A stretch of DNA of 64,000 nucleotides, from NCBI GenBank assembly GCA_964016885.1, contig OZ024745.1:14508001-14572000 (forward strand), written 5' to 3'. The stretch is from Eledone cirrhosa. Its lineage: Eukaryota. Under the pieces are notes generated by a model. The model ran no database searches, had not been told where the DNA came from, and was given only the letters and a program-made list of their open reading frames with translations. Below are positions 28,545 to 41,216 of this stretch, piece by piece. Both the position numbers and the translations under genes were made by a program. Within the stretch, counting starts at the first letter, position 1; each line of letters begins with the position of its first letter.

Positions 28545-28877
28545 TCATTGGCCCTAGGACCACCTCCCTACTTACCACCATTGGCCCTAGGACCACCTCC
28601 CTACTCACCACCATCGGCCCTAGGACCACGTCCCTACTCACCATCATCGGCCCTAGGACCACCTCCCTACTCACCACCATCGACCCTAGGACCACGTCCC
28701 TACTCACCACCATCGACCCTAGGACCACGTCCCTACTCACCACCATCGGCCCTACGACCACCTCCCTACTCACCACCATCGGCCCTAGGACCACGTCCCT
28801 ACTCACCATCATCGGCCCTAGGACCACCTCCCTACTCACCACCATCGGCCCTACCACCTCCCTACTCACCACCATCG
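28545..28877. repeat. GC-rich 33 bp minisatellite, ~10 copies
   Basis: catcggccctaggaccacctccctactcaccac unit. Confidence 0.95.
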
Positions 28878-28949
28878 GTACAGGGCTGGCTTACACGCAG
28901 ATGTGAGCCATGCGAACTGGAATGGCACTTCCAATACCTCTCCTGCACC

Positions 28950-29101
28950 ACCCTCAGTTCAAATACTGTCGAAGTTATCCTTGCCTTTCATCCTTACAGG
29001 GTCGATAAAATAAAGTACCATCAATGTACTGGGGTCGATTTAACTGATTTTCCCCCTCCCCCAAGCTTGTTGGCCTGGTGCCTAAATCAGAAATCATTAT
29101 T
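28950..29101 (+). mobile_element. SINE-A, 5'-truncated
   Basis: cagttcaaatac...ttgcctttcatccttacagggtcgataaaataaagtacc...gcctaaatcagaaatcattatt. Confidence 0.8.
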
Positions 29102-29699
29102 AAAGTTAATTATGGAAGGTAGTATTTATTTGACTTTTATTGATCTGTGTGTGTGAAATGTCATTTGTCTTAATGTATATGTCCCTCCACTCAGTAGAAT
29201 ATTGTCTCTGTATGTTTTTCAAGTGTTGGGTATAGGTCTAGTGTCGTTATTTTTTGATTAGTGGATTTTGCAAACTGTTATATATCGATGTATGTGTGTG
29301 AGGGCGTGTTATTATGAGTGGGTGTATTTGTGTACCATTGATAAGGAAGCACGTTTTATTTGCTGAGCGCGGAAATATACTGACCTGAAAACTTATTTTC
29401 GGTAAAATCCGTCATCTATCTTGAGTATTTGCCCCTCAGTATATTTGTATAATATGTATGTAGATTAGAAGCTTGTATATAGATGAATACCAAATAACGT
29501 ATGCATGTTTCTAAATGTAAATACATCAACACACATTTGTATGTGTTTGTTTTCAATTAGAATTATATCTAAAAATATTGCATATTTTTAAAAGACAAGG
29601 AAAGATTATTAGAGTAAGGTATGATTAAATAAGGTGAAAATATATCAACACATACATACACACACATATACACAAACACACACACAGGCACACATACAC

Positions 29700-29732
<33 letters not shown>

Positions 29733-30589
29733 GCACACACACTTATATATATATATATTGAATAGTTAATACCTTAGGACATGTTTAAGCTATCTATTAA
29801 ATTATTTAAATCTATGTTAAAGGGAATGTTCTTGGCAACAATCCCATCTTCTCCGTAATGAATATTTTGAATATTTTCTGAAAAGCCGAACGACATAATA
29901 TTTGCTATATTCATTTCACTGTGTATTAAATCTGTATTCTAAAATATCGATTGACAAAGTTGTTTCAACAACCTTCTTGTTAATCAGAAAAAAATAAGAA
30001 AGAAATATTTATATATATTCAAAATGGAAAGAGGATTATTATTTTAATTCTTCATAGTTTTGTATCTAATATAGTTTTATATTGAAGAACCATTTTATTT
30101 CTCAGCATCTTAATGGTTTCATCTGAAAAGATCCATAAACCAAACTACAGAAACAGAAATTCTTAAACAGAAGCATATTTGCGCACCTGAAGTGGTTATG
30201 CCATTTCAACAATTTTCTAAGCTATCTCTCATTTATGTTTATTTACATATTCTCTTTCGTCCAGTTAATGCTGTGTCTTCACAAATTCTTGCAAAGAGAT
30301 CCACACTGCCAGGTTTAAAATGTCAAAGATACGCCTTATCTCACGACACTTGCCCTACAACTCCAGCAGGACTTCAAGGCCCGTGTGACATAAACATTCA
30401 TAAATTAGGGTTTTTAAAAGATACATTTGTATTGTGTTACTCTTGGTTCACTATCATATGAAATGCAAGAAATCTGGAGACTATTTTGTATCATTCAATC
30501 CATATATTGTGTTTAAAATATACATTGTTCAATAAATATTGAGAAGAGGCGCGTTACATTATTGCTGCTAATATTGTATGTATGGAACG

Positions 30590-30890
30590 GTAACTTTTGA
30601 GGGAGAAGGGCACTGTATTACAATATTTTTTTCGGGACATTTTCTAAACCCAGGCGGAGCCCATCTCATCTCCAGGTCTGAATACAGTAAATTTCCCCCA
30701 GAGAAAGATGAAGTGGGAGAGAATGGAAGTGAGAAAAAGACATAGAAGAAGAATTGACTCGGGTACTCGAGTGTTACTCTTTTATCGACCTCGAAGGCAA
30801 AGTTGACCTCGACGGGTCTTGAACTCGGAGAGCAGAGAGCCAAACGAATACCGCAAACTATTCTATCCGATGCTCTACCGACTCCCCGCC
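30590..30890 (-). mobile_element. tRNA-derived SINE type B
   Basis: Reverse complement matches the type B head, core and tail. Confidence 0.75.
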
Positions 30891-33084
30891 TATCGCTGTT
30901 AGTATTATCAAGAGTTATTTATTTAACATTCGATTAATTTCAGAAGACTGAATACCTAATCCCTAAAGAACCATTATAAATAAAGCAGAGTTAATTGCAA
31001 TATCAGATTAGAGAAGATGGAAAATGTAGATTAATATGATAGAAACTGAATTATGTATTTAACGTTATTGAAGCCTAAATTTATAAGAGATAAATAAAAC
31101 ATGGCTCAAATGCTATAAAGTTTAATCCCAAACAAATATAGCTATTAGCGTAGGTCAATTCATATCTGTTCATCATTCGCAACAAAACAACAAAAAAAAA
31201 CATAAAAAAATTATAAATAAATAAAAAGACATTACAATTTCTCAGTAGTTTCTGCACCCCAACTTTAATTACCAAACGGCTTACAGCAAAAATTCAAAAT
31301 CCCATATTCTTTAAAAAGAAAAAGTAAGACGCCGATCGGTAGATCGGAACAAAAAAACTATATTTTTTATTTGTTTTCTTCAATTGCACATACAATATTA
31401 TGGTTGCAACATCTGGTAATACCAGCCCCACTTTTTCAGCGAAAGGATGTGGGATTTGAACTCCGAATGTATAGAACTGGAACAGACTCTTTAATTATTC
31501 CGGCAATCTCCTTTGAGGACTGCTACTTTATTTATCGACCGAGTGAAGATGAAAGGTAAAGATGGACTCGAGGTGATTTGAACTTAGACACGAAACAAAT
31601 GCCCAATCATTTCTTCTGAGCCGCTAACGACTCTGCCAATTTGCTGCCGTGTTCTTAAATTACGCTAATTATGCATTCTACCTACAAAAAAGTATCAAAT
31701 ACGCTTCCAAACGACAACCCCCCCCCCCAAAGTCCCATCTATGTTCGCTAAACACGACAACTTATCCTGTAAACTGGTTCACTACCGCTCGTTCTTTCCA
31801 TTGTTTGCTTACATTACTTCGATGCATCGTTCTCTGACGCAATTCAAACACCGAATTTTACAACATTCTGATCAGCGAGAAAACTACGCAAGTTTTGCCA
31901 ACTCAACTTCCAGTCTTGTACTACATAGTATGTTATGAACACAATTTCAGGGGATTTACTTGAGCAAGCCTGAGTTGGGAGAGGGGGAAAGGAATGGGAT
32001 GGGGTTTTTTGTCGATCAATTTAAAAAAAGGAGTGGTTGTAGGTGGGTGTTTTTGTCAGATACCTCTATCAGGTTGTGCTATTGCGGAGAATCTCCATCA
32101 TTGGTTCAAATTAATTTAGCTTGATATCAAAGGTCCCAATTTTTAAACTTGTGTCCCGACCCTCCATTGCCGAGACAGTTAAATAACCAAATATAATTTT
32201 TCCTAATTTATTTATTAAGATGTCATCATCTTTATATATGTTCACTGCATTCTATAATAGTTGTTTATTTTTCACAATCGATTTCTCTTCAATATATTTC
32301 CCGATATTATCAAATTAAATGTCATGATACTGTTTGCAGTTACCCAATATTTAATATAATTCCATAAAGTACGTTTAGAGAAATACAATTAAAATACAAA
32401 CATAAACCAATTTCCATAACGGTTTTTAAAATATCGATCACTTTACGACTAAGCTGCTCAATGATACATATCAATAAATTTCAGCGTTATTCAATCAATG
32501 AGTGAAGCGTACAATACATTTCCGCCAGTGTTTAATGCCTACGATCCTTCATAATGGAAAACCACATATGTTTAGCTCATAAAAAGTAGGTCTAAACTAT
32601 TAAAAGCTTTATAGTCTACTCTAAAAACAAAATCTCGTATATTAATTATTTTTTGTTGTGCATTTTCTAAAATCGCATGCTAAATTTACTAATATAGCAA
32701 ACTATCAATATTAATGGCGTCTAACGTTGTTTTTAAAATCAATTTAGAAATGCATGTAATTTTATTTTATAAGATCCCAAAGAAAATGCTGTGAAAATAT
32801 TTACATTCATTCAAAAGTGATACCAAATTTTATAGGCGAATGAAGCATATAATAACGAAATGTGTTATTTATCAGGACAATTCAGATATACTTATCTTAA
32901 ACTATTAAATATTTTCCATTTCACAGTTTTTGTGCATTTTAGGTTGAGTAAATTGATTAGAGATAGTTATTGATTTCACAACATCGTACCTAGATGATGG
33001 GATAGAGAACTGTATCAACCCCATACACATGTCCATGCAGTATTCATATATATCTCTATATATCTATATCTCTCTATCTATACA

Positions 33085-33119
<35 letters not shown>

Positions 33120-33163
33120 AGGGAGTGTAGATGTATATTCATTTTTCCATCATCATTACAAGG

Positions 33164-33248
33164 GGTCTGACGAGCCGCGGATTACAGAGTCAGGTTAGAT
33201 TGATGCAGATCGAACCTTGAGCTGATCAGTGGCGAAACGCGCGTCACT
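33164..33248 (+). ncRNA. Type I hammerhead ribozyme with long stem II and palindromic loop III
   Basis: GGT-CTGACGA(33167-73)-GCCGCgGATTA...TGATCaGTGGC-GAAA(33234-37)-C GCGC G-TC-ACT; lies in a ~185 bp insert between (TA)n tracts. Confidence 0.75.
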
Positions 33249-33316
33249 AACCAATAAACATAATGAAAGAGTTACCAATCGTCCTTGTTATTTAATTTCA
33301 CTATATATATATATGT

Positions 33317-33547
33317 AATTAGAAATATAAGCTATCGCCGTATTTTGACTAAAGAAATTAAAGAAATTATTTAGCCTGATAGTGGGGTTAAGAGCCCTCG
33401 GAGAAATGGAAAAAGATGAGTATTGACGTATATGTACGTCAAAACTCATCTTTTTCCATTTCTCCGAGGGTCTTAACCCCACTATCAGGCTAAATAATTT
33501 CTTTAATTTCTTTAGTCAAAATACGGCGATAGCTTATATTTCTAATT
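33317..33547. repeat. Near-perfect hairpin (~113 bp arms) between (TA)n tracts
   Basis: aattagaaatataagctatcgccg...ttgacgta tatg tacgtcaa...cggcgatagcttatatttctaatt. Confidence 0.95.
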
Positions 33548-33621
33548 TCAAACTCGCTCGCTGTTTCGAAAATATTCTTACTTGACATATATATATATAT
33601 ATTATATATACACACACACAG

Positions 33622-33685
<64 letters not shown>

Positions 33686-34148
33686 ATATAGATAAAGACA
33701 AAATGGAAAGCTGAAAGCATAAAGGTGCGTCAGCCGTGTAGCTCAAACGCTATACCAGTTTTACGTTTTGCATCAGAAAAGAAGAAAATGTATAACCTTC
33801 CGTACGATTCTAGAGAATCAGTAGTAATTTTACGGTTTAGGAAATCCATATATAATTCCAAATTCATCTTGAAGTTGTTTATCATGTGGAACCAAGACAT
33901 TGAACCAAAACGTTGAACCAAGAATAAATCTATAAATACTGTATAGATTTCCTGCTGCTCGTTCAGGAAAAAGATGTAATGTTGTTGGGAATATTACAAG
34001 TTCTATAAAAATGTATTTTCCTAATCAGCAAAAATGTTGTATTAAATATCATATATGAAGTTTATACTATATAGTGTAATGGAAATGAGTTGATAATTCT
34101 AGTGACAATATCTAATACCATTTTATATGGATATATATATAGCTCATT

Positions 34149-34478
34149 AGGCGTTGAATTGGCAGAGTTGTTAGACCATCAGATAGAATGTTTTGCGGTA
34201 TTCATTTCGTCTGTCGGCTCTCTTAGTTCAAATCCCACCGAGGTCAACTCTGCCTTTCCTCCATTTGAGGTCTATAAAAAAAGTACCAGTCTAGTACTAA
34301 GGTAAATTCTCCCTCCTTATCTCTCTCTCACTTCTGTTCTTTCACTCACTCTATCCCCATCTGGAAGAAATCTGTTGTATTCAGACGAGGAGAGTACATG
34401 GGCTCCGCCAGGTTTAAAAATATGCTCTAGAAATGCCGTATGTCAATATGACGTCCTTGCGACTCTCTTAGGGGATTA
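34149..34478 (+). mobile_element. tRNA-derived SINE type B
   Basis: ggcgttgaattggcagagttgttaga...gttcaaatcccaccgaggtcaac...atgggctccgccagg. Confidence 0.8.
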
Positions 34479-34764
34479 TAAATATTTCGGAAATTATAAA
34501 CAACAACAACAACAACAACAACGTCAACAACAATAGCAACAACAACAACTACAGCAACAACGATAACAACAATAACAACAACATATATTTACTGAAGTGT
34601 GGGTATTTGGCTGAATCAGTAGGGTGTTGGATAAAATGATTTGACCAATTGCGTAACATTGCGATCCGAGTTCGATTTTTGCCAAGGTTGATTGTGTTAT
34701 CCATTCTTTGTGATAATAAAATAATTACCAATAAAGTACCTTAGTCGATGTTATCGACTGGAAA

Positions 34765-34780
34765 TCCATCGCTCCACACC

Positions 34781-34872
<92 letters not shown>

Positions 34873-35370
34873 TACATACACAGACGCACACCCACACACA
34901 CACACACAGACACACCATTGCTCCACACCAATACACATACACATAAACACACTCTCTCTCCCTCTCTCATACACACACCATTGCTCCAAACCAATACACA
35001 CACACACATTCTCTCATACACACATCATTGCTCCAAACCAATACACACACACACACACACTCTCTCATACACGCCATTTCTCCAAACCAATACACACACT
35101 CTCTCATACACACACCATTGCTCCAAACCAATACACACACATACATTCTCTCATACACACATCATTACTCCAAACCAATACACACACACACACACTCTCT
35201 CATACACGCCATTTCTCCAAACCAATACACACACACACACACACTCTCTCATACACACACCATTGCTCCAAACCAACACACACACACATACATTCTCTCA
35301 TTCACACATCATTACTCCAAACCAATACACACACACACACACTCTCTCATACACACCATTTCTCCACACC

Positions 35371-35443
<73 letters not shown>

Positions 35444-35453
35444 ACACACGCAC

Positions 35454-35491
<38 letters not shown>

Positions 35492-35510
35492 ACACACACA
35501 TACACACTTA
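34765..35510. repeat. (CA)n-based compound minisatellite
   Basis: cattgctccaaaccaatacacacac...ctctcatacaca units flanked by long (CA)n. Confidence 0.95.
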
Positions 35511-36142
35511 CAAAAGGTTTGGTGTTGTGTTTAAGCTAGAAATCAATATTTATTCGCTGATATCTGAGCTGCTTTATAGCCTCAATTTCTTTATCTATTA
35601 TAGCGAGCCAAAACTGGTTGAAAGGATAACATCAAATATGGCAAGTGAATACAGCAATAAGTGATCGAGTCTGGTTAAATAGAGAAAGACAAAGCGAAAA
35701 TTGTTATATGAACTCTGAAAACAGCTGAGGCAAAAACTGAAATCTATCATTTGTATATTTAAGATATTACCTTTATAATATCAATAGATACAAAACTCTA
35801 TACGACGTATTCGTTCCCCATTGTTGGATATTTAGCGATATCTCGATTATCAAAGAATTAAATTAATTTTCCCCAATGTCCGATGTAGTTTACTAAACCG
35901 CCCAGAGTCATTTCTCAACACTCTCCTCCCCCTTCTTTATTAATGTTACCAAGTTAAGCAGAAAATATAAAGAAATGTCCTAATAAAACAATGAAATAGT
36001 GTAAATATGATAACAGGATATTAAACACGACTTAATACAATTCAATATAAACTGTATAAACATGATTCCATTATTGACCTGTCGGAGGGATATCGGTGGA
36101 TTGATATACTGGATCGCATTATTTACTGAATTGAATGGATGA

Positions 36143-36702
36143 AGTGGATTGGCAGTATCGGTAGAGGGTCGGACGCCATGCTTTCCAGCATAGTTACGTC
36201 CCTTTGTGGTCTGAGTTCAAATCCCGCCGAGGTTGACTTTGCCTTTCATCCTTACGGGGTCGATAAAATAAAGTACCAGTAATGCTGGGTAATTGCTGGC
36301 CTTGTGCCTAAAGTAGAAACAATTATTTACTGAATTGGCAGTATCGGTAGAGTGTCGGACGCCTTGCTTTGCAGCATAGAGTTCGGTCCTTTATGATCTG
36401 AGTTCAAATCCCGCTGAGGTTAGCTTTGCCTTTCATCCTTACGTGGTCGATAAAATAAAGCACCAGTAATGGACTAGGTCGATTTAATCGACTTTCCCCT
36501 CCCACAAAATTGCTGGGCTTGTGCCTATATAAGAAACCATTTGGCAGTATCGGTAGAGGGTCGGACGCCATGCTTTCCAGCATAGTTACGTCCCTTTATG
36601 ATCTGAGTTCAAATCCCGCCGAGGTTAACTTTGCCTTTCATCCATACGGGGTCGGTAAAATAAAGTACCAATAATGTACTGGGTAATTGCTGTCCTTGTA
36701 CC
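36143..36702 (+). mobile_element. Three tandem SINE-A copies
   Basis: Each starts ttggcagtatcggtagag and has the gagttcaaatcccgccgaggtt...gcctttcatccttacggggtcgataaaataaagtacc core; attatttactgaattg repeated at ~36118 and ~36322. Confidence 0.9.
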
Positions 36703-36869
36703 AGTTGGTGAATGATGTTTGTAGTTTCATCAAAATACTTTGCCGTATTGAGATATAACTCTTTACATTCTGAGTTCAAATCTTATTTGAAACAATTTAT
36801 TATTGCATTCTTCCGGAGTTGATAAAAGGAAGTACAAATCAATGATGCAATGACATAGAGAACTTCATT

Positions 36870-37090
36870 AAAAGAACAGACGTTTCTTACGGTTACAAAT
36901 GGCATCATGCCTGTAAAGTCCAACTCCACCCGAATATATGCTGCGATATTTCACGAGAACATTCTGTGTTATCTTCAAGTTGGCTCACCAATTTGCTATA
37001 TTAATAGCAATAGGATCATCCATTATCTCTTTATCACGTGTGTTCATATTTTGTCTGCTGTCAATACTCTCCATCCCGAGATTTTCTTCT
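36870..37090 (-). pseudogene. Possible decayed PLE RT fragment
   Basis: Minus strand reads IMDDPIAINIANW*...GGVGLYRHDA, resembling the PLE MG..AN and GLYRDDA motifs; a hammerhead motif lies just upstream on the same strand. Confidence 0.3.
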
Positions 37091-37171
37091 GTATTTTCAA
37101 GTAATTTATTACACACATATATATAGTGACAAAACATAAGTCAATTGCATGAACTCATAATCCTTTATTTA

Positions 37172-37226
37172 TTGCTATATATATTTCGATGATAGCCATT
37201 GGATGGCTATGACCTCATCAGGTAGT
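37172..37226 (-). ncRNA. Hammerhead motif with weak stem I
   Basis: CTGATGA-GGTcATAGCCAT cca ATGGCTATcATC-GAAA-T ATAT A-TA; lies in a ~165 bp insert bounded by TA runs. Confidence 0.55.
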
Positions 37227-37287
37227 TAATCATTTCTTAGATATGCCAGCTCTGTGTTTATGGTGTTGATGGTATCATCAGAGCCTT

Positions 37288-37356
<69 letters not shown>

Positions 37357-37473
37357 TGTATGTATAGTATATTTGGCAATATACCGTATGTTTAATTAAA
37401 CACATTTAGAAGACCATACGCTATCAGTTTTCTAAATGTTTTTAATTAAGCATCGCTATTTCAGAGCACCAAT

Positions 37474-37508
<35 letters not shown>

Positions 37509-37792
37509 AGACAGAGAGAGAGAAGAAGGGATCCCTGTTCGGAGAGGAGGGCTCTATTTGGTAAGGAGGGGGCCAAGGGCATTCACCTCTACCATCCACG
37601 ATAAATCCGTTCTTGGCCAGCTGCATCTGAATAAATCTGGTAGGGTAAAATTCGAGAAGCAGATGTGTTCCAACTGAAGCAACACCGGTGACTAAGCGGT
37701 ACCGGACTGAATGTAAGGTCGGAAGGTGTGATAATCATTGAAGAAGTTGAGAGTGTGGTACTTTGTTTCTACCAATATCGCACCATCAATTA

Positions 37793-38230
37793 CGATGCAT
37801 GATATGTGGAAAGTACGAAGAAATTATAGAACACATTGTCTCTGGGTGTCAGGAACTGGTAAGAAACGAACACATCCATAGTCATAGCAAGGCAGCAGCG
37901 TATTGGACTGGAATATATGCGGATCTTCAAGATGAAGGCGACTGAGAAGTCGGAAAATAATTAGGGAAACATGGTCACCGAGAGCATTGATAGCACCATC
38001 TTCTGGGACATGCCCAATTGGTTAGAGAGATAGAAAAGCAAACAAAATAAAGATCGTTATGAAATCGTAAAGAAATGATAAGATGTTTATATTTCTCGAT
38101 GCAGCAATGGCATCCTAAAGAAACAACCGAATGTAAATCACAGAGAACATGACCAAATACAACGACGTGGAGATCGAAATCAACAGTACGTGGAATATGA
38201 AGGCCGAAATAATCTCAGTTGTTATCACAG
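37793..38230 (+). mobile_element. RLE-type non-LTR retrotransposon (R4/Dong-like) C-terminal fragment
   Basis: CMICGKYEEIIEHIVSGC CCHC knuckle, then H..AA.YW, IFWDMP, FLDAA and KYNDVEIEI..W...IISVVI, matching the restriction-like endonuclease region; frameshifted. Confidence 0.75.
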
Positions 38231-38360
38231 TTCTACTCCAGACGTCCAGACGATTGTCCTACATGGAAGGACAACAAACTATGAAACGTCTAGTCAATCA
38301 AGGGATATCAGCCATTGTTTGGACCTGGCTCTGCAGGGTAGGAAAAGATAGATTCTAAAA

Positions 38361-38646
38361 GTAGTAGTAGTAGTGGTGGTGGTATGATGGTAGTAGTGGT
38401 GGTAGTGATGGTAGTAGTGGTGGTAGTAGTGGTGGTGGTGGTGGTAGTGATGGTAGTAGTGGTCGTAGAAATAGCATTAGTATTATTATTAGTAGTAGTC
38501 GTAGTAGTAGTCGTAGTGGTAGTAGTAGTGGTGTTGGTAGTGATGGTAGAAGTAGCATTAGTATTAATATTAGTAGTAGTAGTAATAGTCGTCGTCGTCG
38601 TCATCGTCGCCGTCGTCGTCGTCGTAGTAGTAGTAATAGTAGTAAT
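38361..38646. repeat. (GTA/GTG/GTC)n trinucleotide repeat
   Basis: Direct inspection. Confidence 0.95.
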
Positions 38647-38814
38647 CAGTGACCATATGCATGTACTGAACTATAGATATTATAAAGATGTCGCTATATA
38701 TGAACTGTTATAGTTACAATGTTGATTAAGATGCATTTGTTTCAGTTACAATTTATTGTCGATAAAATCAAGAGACGAGAGGAATCGATGAATATACAAT
38801 GATTGTAACACCAA

Positions 38815-39182
38815 TAATAATGGTTTCTACTTTAGGCACAAGGTCAGCACATACCCAGTGCATTACTGGTACTTTATTTTATCGACCCCGTAAGGATAAA
38901 AGGCAAAGTCAACCTCGGCGGGATTTGAACTCAGATCGTAAAGGGACGTAACTATGCTGGAAAGCATGACGTCCGACCCTCTACCGATACTGCAATAATG
39001 GTTTCTGATTTAGGCACTCCTTGGGGAGGGAAAAGTTGATTAAATCGACTCAGTATGTGCCTGGTACTTTATTTTATCGACCCGGTAAAGGCGGAATATG
39101 AACTCAGACCATAAAGGGCCATAACCCTATGCCGCAAAGCATGTTGTCAGACGCTTTACCAATGTTGCCAATCCATCACCCT
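38815..39182 (-). mobile_element. Two tandem SINE-A copies
   Basis: Reverse-complement tails taatggtttct at ~38818 and ~38996; ccaataataat at both outer ends. Confidence 0.85.
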
Positions 39183-40127
39183 TAGTAATACCAATAATAA
39201 TTGGTATGTAGATGCCATATGCATACTCTATCACGTACAAGTAGATACAGGAATACACATCAGAAATATAAAACCAAAAACAATACCTTAAAGATAGAAA
39301 CGTCGTAGCTTCATTTAAAGGTTATAATGATAATAAAAATATCAAATTTCTGTAAGGTAGCAAGGAAGCTGTTTGAAATTCTTTGACAAACGTAATTACA
39401 AATTTACTAACAAGAAACGGAAGGGAAAGTAACGTCTTAATTTATTAGTAATTCGAAGTGTGTGAAGCTTATTTCAAATGATATTGGCGAGCAATGCTTC
39501 AAGACATCAGAATGGAGTATGAGAAGTCGCAATCAATAGCATTCATCAGCAATTAAAATCACGTTTGGTATTCTTTCTTCTGCAAAGAAAGTGAAGATGC
39601 TCCTTAGAAGCAATTAATTTTGTTAGTTCTAGGCATTTCGCTAATTTAACTGGAAGGAAAAAAAGTCACTAAAACTAATGAAATAATTAATTAGTTGGAG
39701 AAAGGAAGAAGGATTAAAAAAATAATAAAAGGATCAAATCTAATTAGTTTTAGTGATTTTTTAAAAGTAATTAACACATTTATAACAAAATATGTTTTAT
39801 ATTGATTCCCGACAATGTTTCTCTCTGGAAAATAAGTTTCCGTTTATTTTAATGGATTCTTAACAGAATTAATTACTGTCATCAACGATTAGACGTAAAT
39901 ATTTGCAATAAACCGAAGACAAGACTATTTTATGACACATAACTGAAACTAGTGTAAACACAAAAAAGATTTCAATTCTCAAACTAAGCTAACAGATACC
40001 ATATATTACCAAATTAGTATTTTAGGGTGTAAGTCAGAAGGAAAACAGATAGTTCTCATCATCTTCGAACCCTTTCACACTAATCCGGTCAATATTCAGG
40101 TTAAACTACTAAAACTTGTGTGGGTAT

Positions 40128-40316
40128 GAATGGCAGAGGACACAGTTGGTATTTCGAGAAGGAAAAGTCTGAATTAAGGGTTAGTGTTAGACCTGAATGG
40201 TAATTAAGGTGGTTGGTATTCTGAGAAACAAGGTTCTGAAATAGGGGTTAGTGGTAGATCTGAATGGCAGTCGAGGTGGTTGGTATTCTGAGAAGGAAGG
40301 TTCTGGGTTAGTGGTT
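40128..40316. repeat. ~66 bp degenerate tandem repeat, ~3 copies
   Basis: tgaatggcag...ggttggtattctgagaaggaaggttctg...gggttagtg unit. Confidence 0.75.
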
Positions 40317-41143
40317 AATGGTGGACTTGAAAATAAGAACGAAGCAATGGACGAAGTGGGAGTCATTTGTTTTGGATTTGATTGGTGATGGTGGGGCAGA
40401 GTAATCTAACTCCCGGAGGTAGAGTTATCTAATTCTCAGGGGTTGAGTCCTTTTTAATAAAAATAGAAAAGGCAGTGTAAAAAGAGAATGCATCTGTGAT
40501 CTAGTTGTTGAAATGTTTTGGAAGCGATGTCGGTTGGATTTGTGTAGCAACAGTATCATGCCATATTTGCGAGCTTCTGTAGTGTTTTCAATCGAGCTAT
40601 ATGAAGAGGGTGAATCTGAACAATTTGAAATACCGTATATTGGCAACAATAATAAAAACGACAATATTTTTCTAAAACTTTGAACTTCTCATGAATACCA
40701 GAACTGTATTTGGATTTATAATATAATACTTAATTGCTTTTTATTTCTAAATGAATACCTCACAATACTTAGTATTAAGACACCGGATTATTCTGTTAAT
40801 GTGGTTCTAATCTATCATTTTAAACAGACTTAGGTTGTAGCTATTCGAATTAGTAGAAGAGTGGTTTTATACAGCATTTTATATGATTAGATTTTGATGT
40901 TTTAAATCATTAAATTATTTATATGTGATATAATACACTTAGTAAAAGAAAATAAAGTTTTAGTTACCAACTCTTCTTCGTAGTAAATGTAGTGATATTT
41001 CATTTTAACTCTGTCATCAGTTCCGTATTGAAGAACTCATCCATTGGTTATCTTCATTCAGTACAAAGTTACATTTTGGGGAAAGGAAATATCTATATAA
41101 ATGGTAAAGATATTTTCATCCATAGAATAGAATAAGGGGGGAA

Positions 41144-41216
<73 letters not shown>

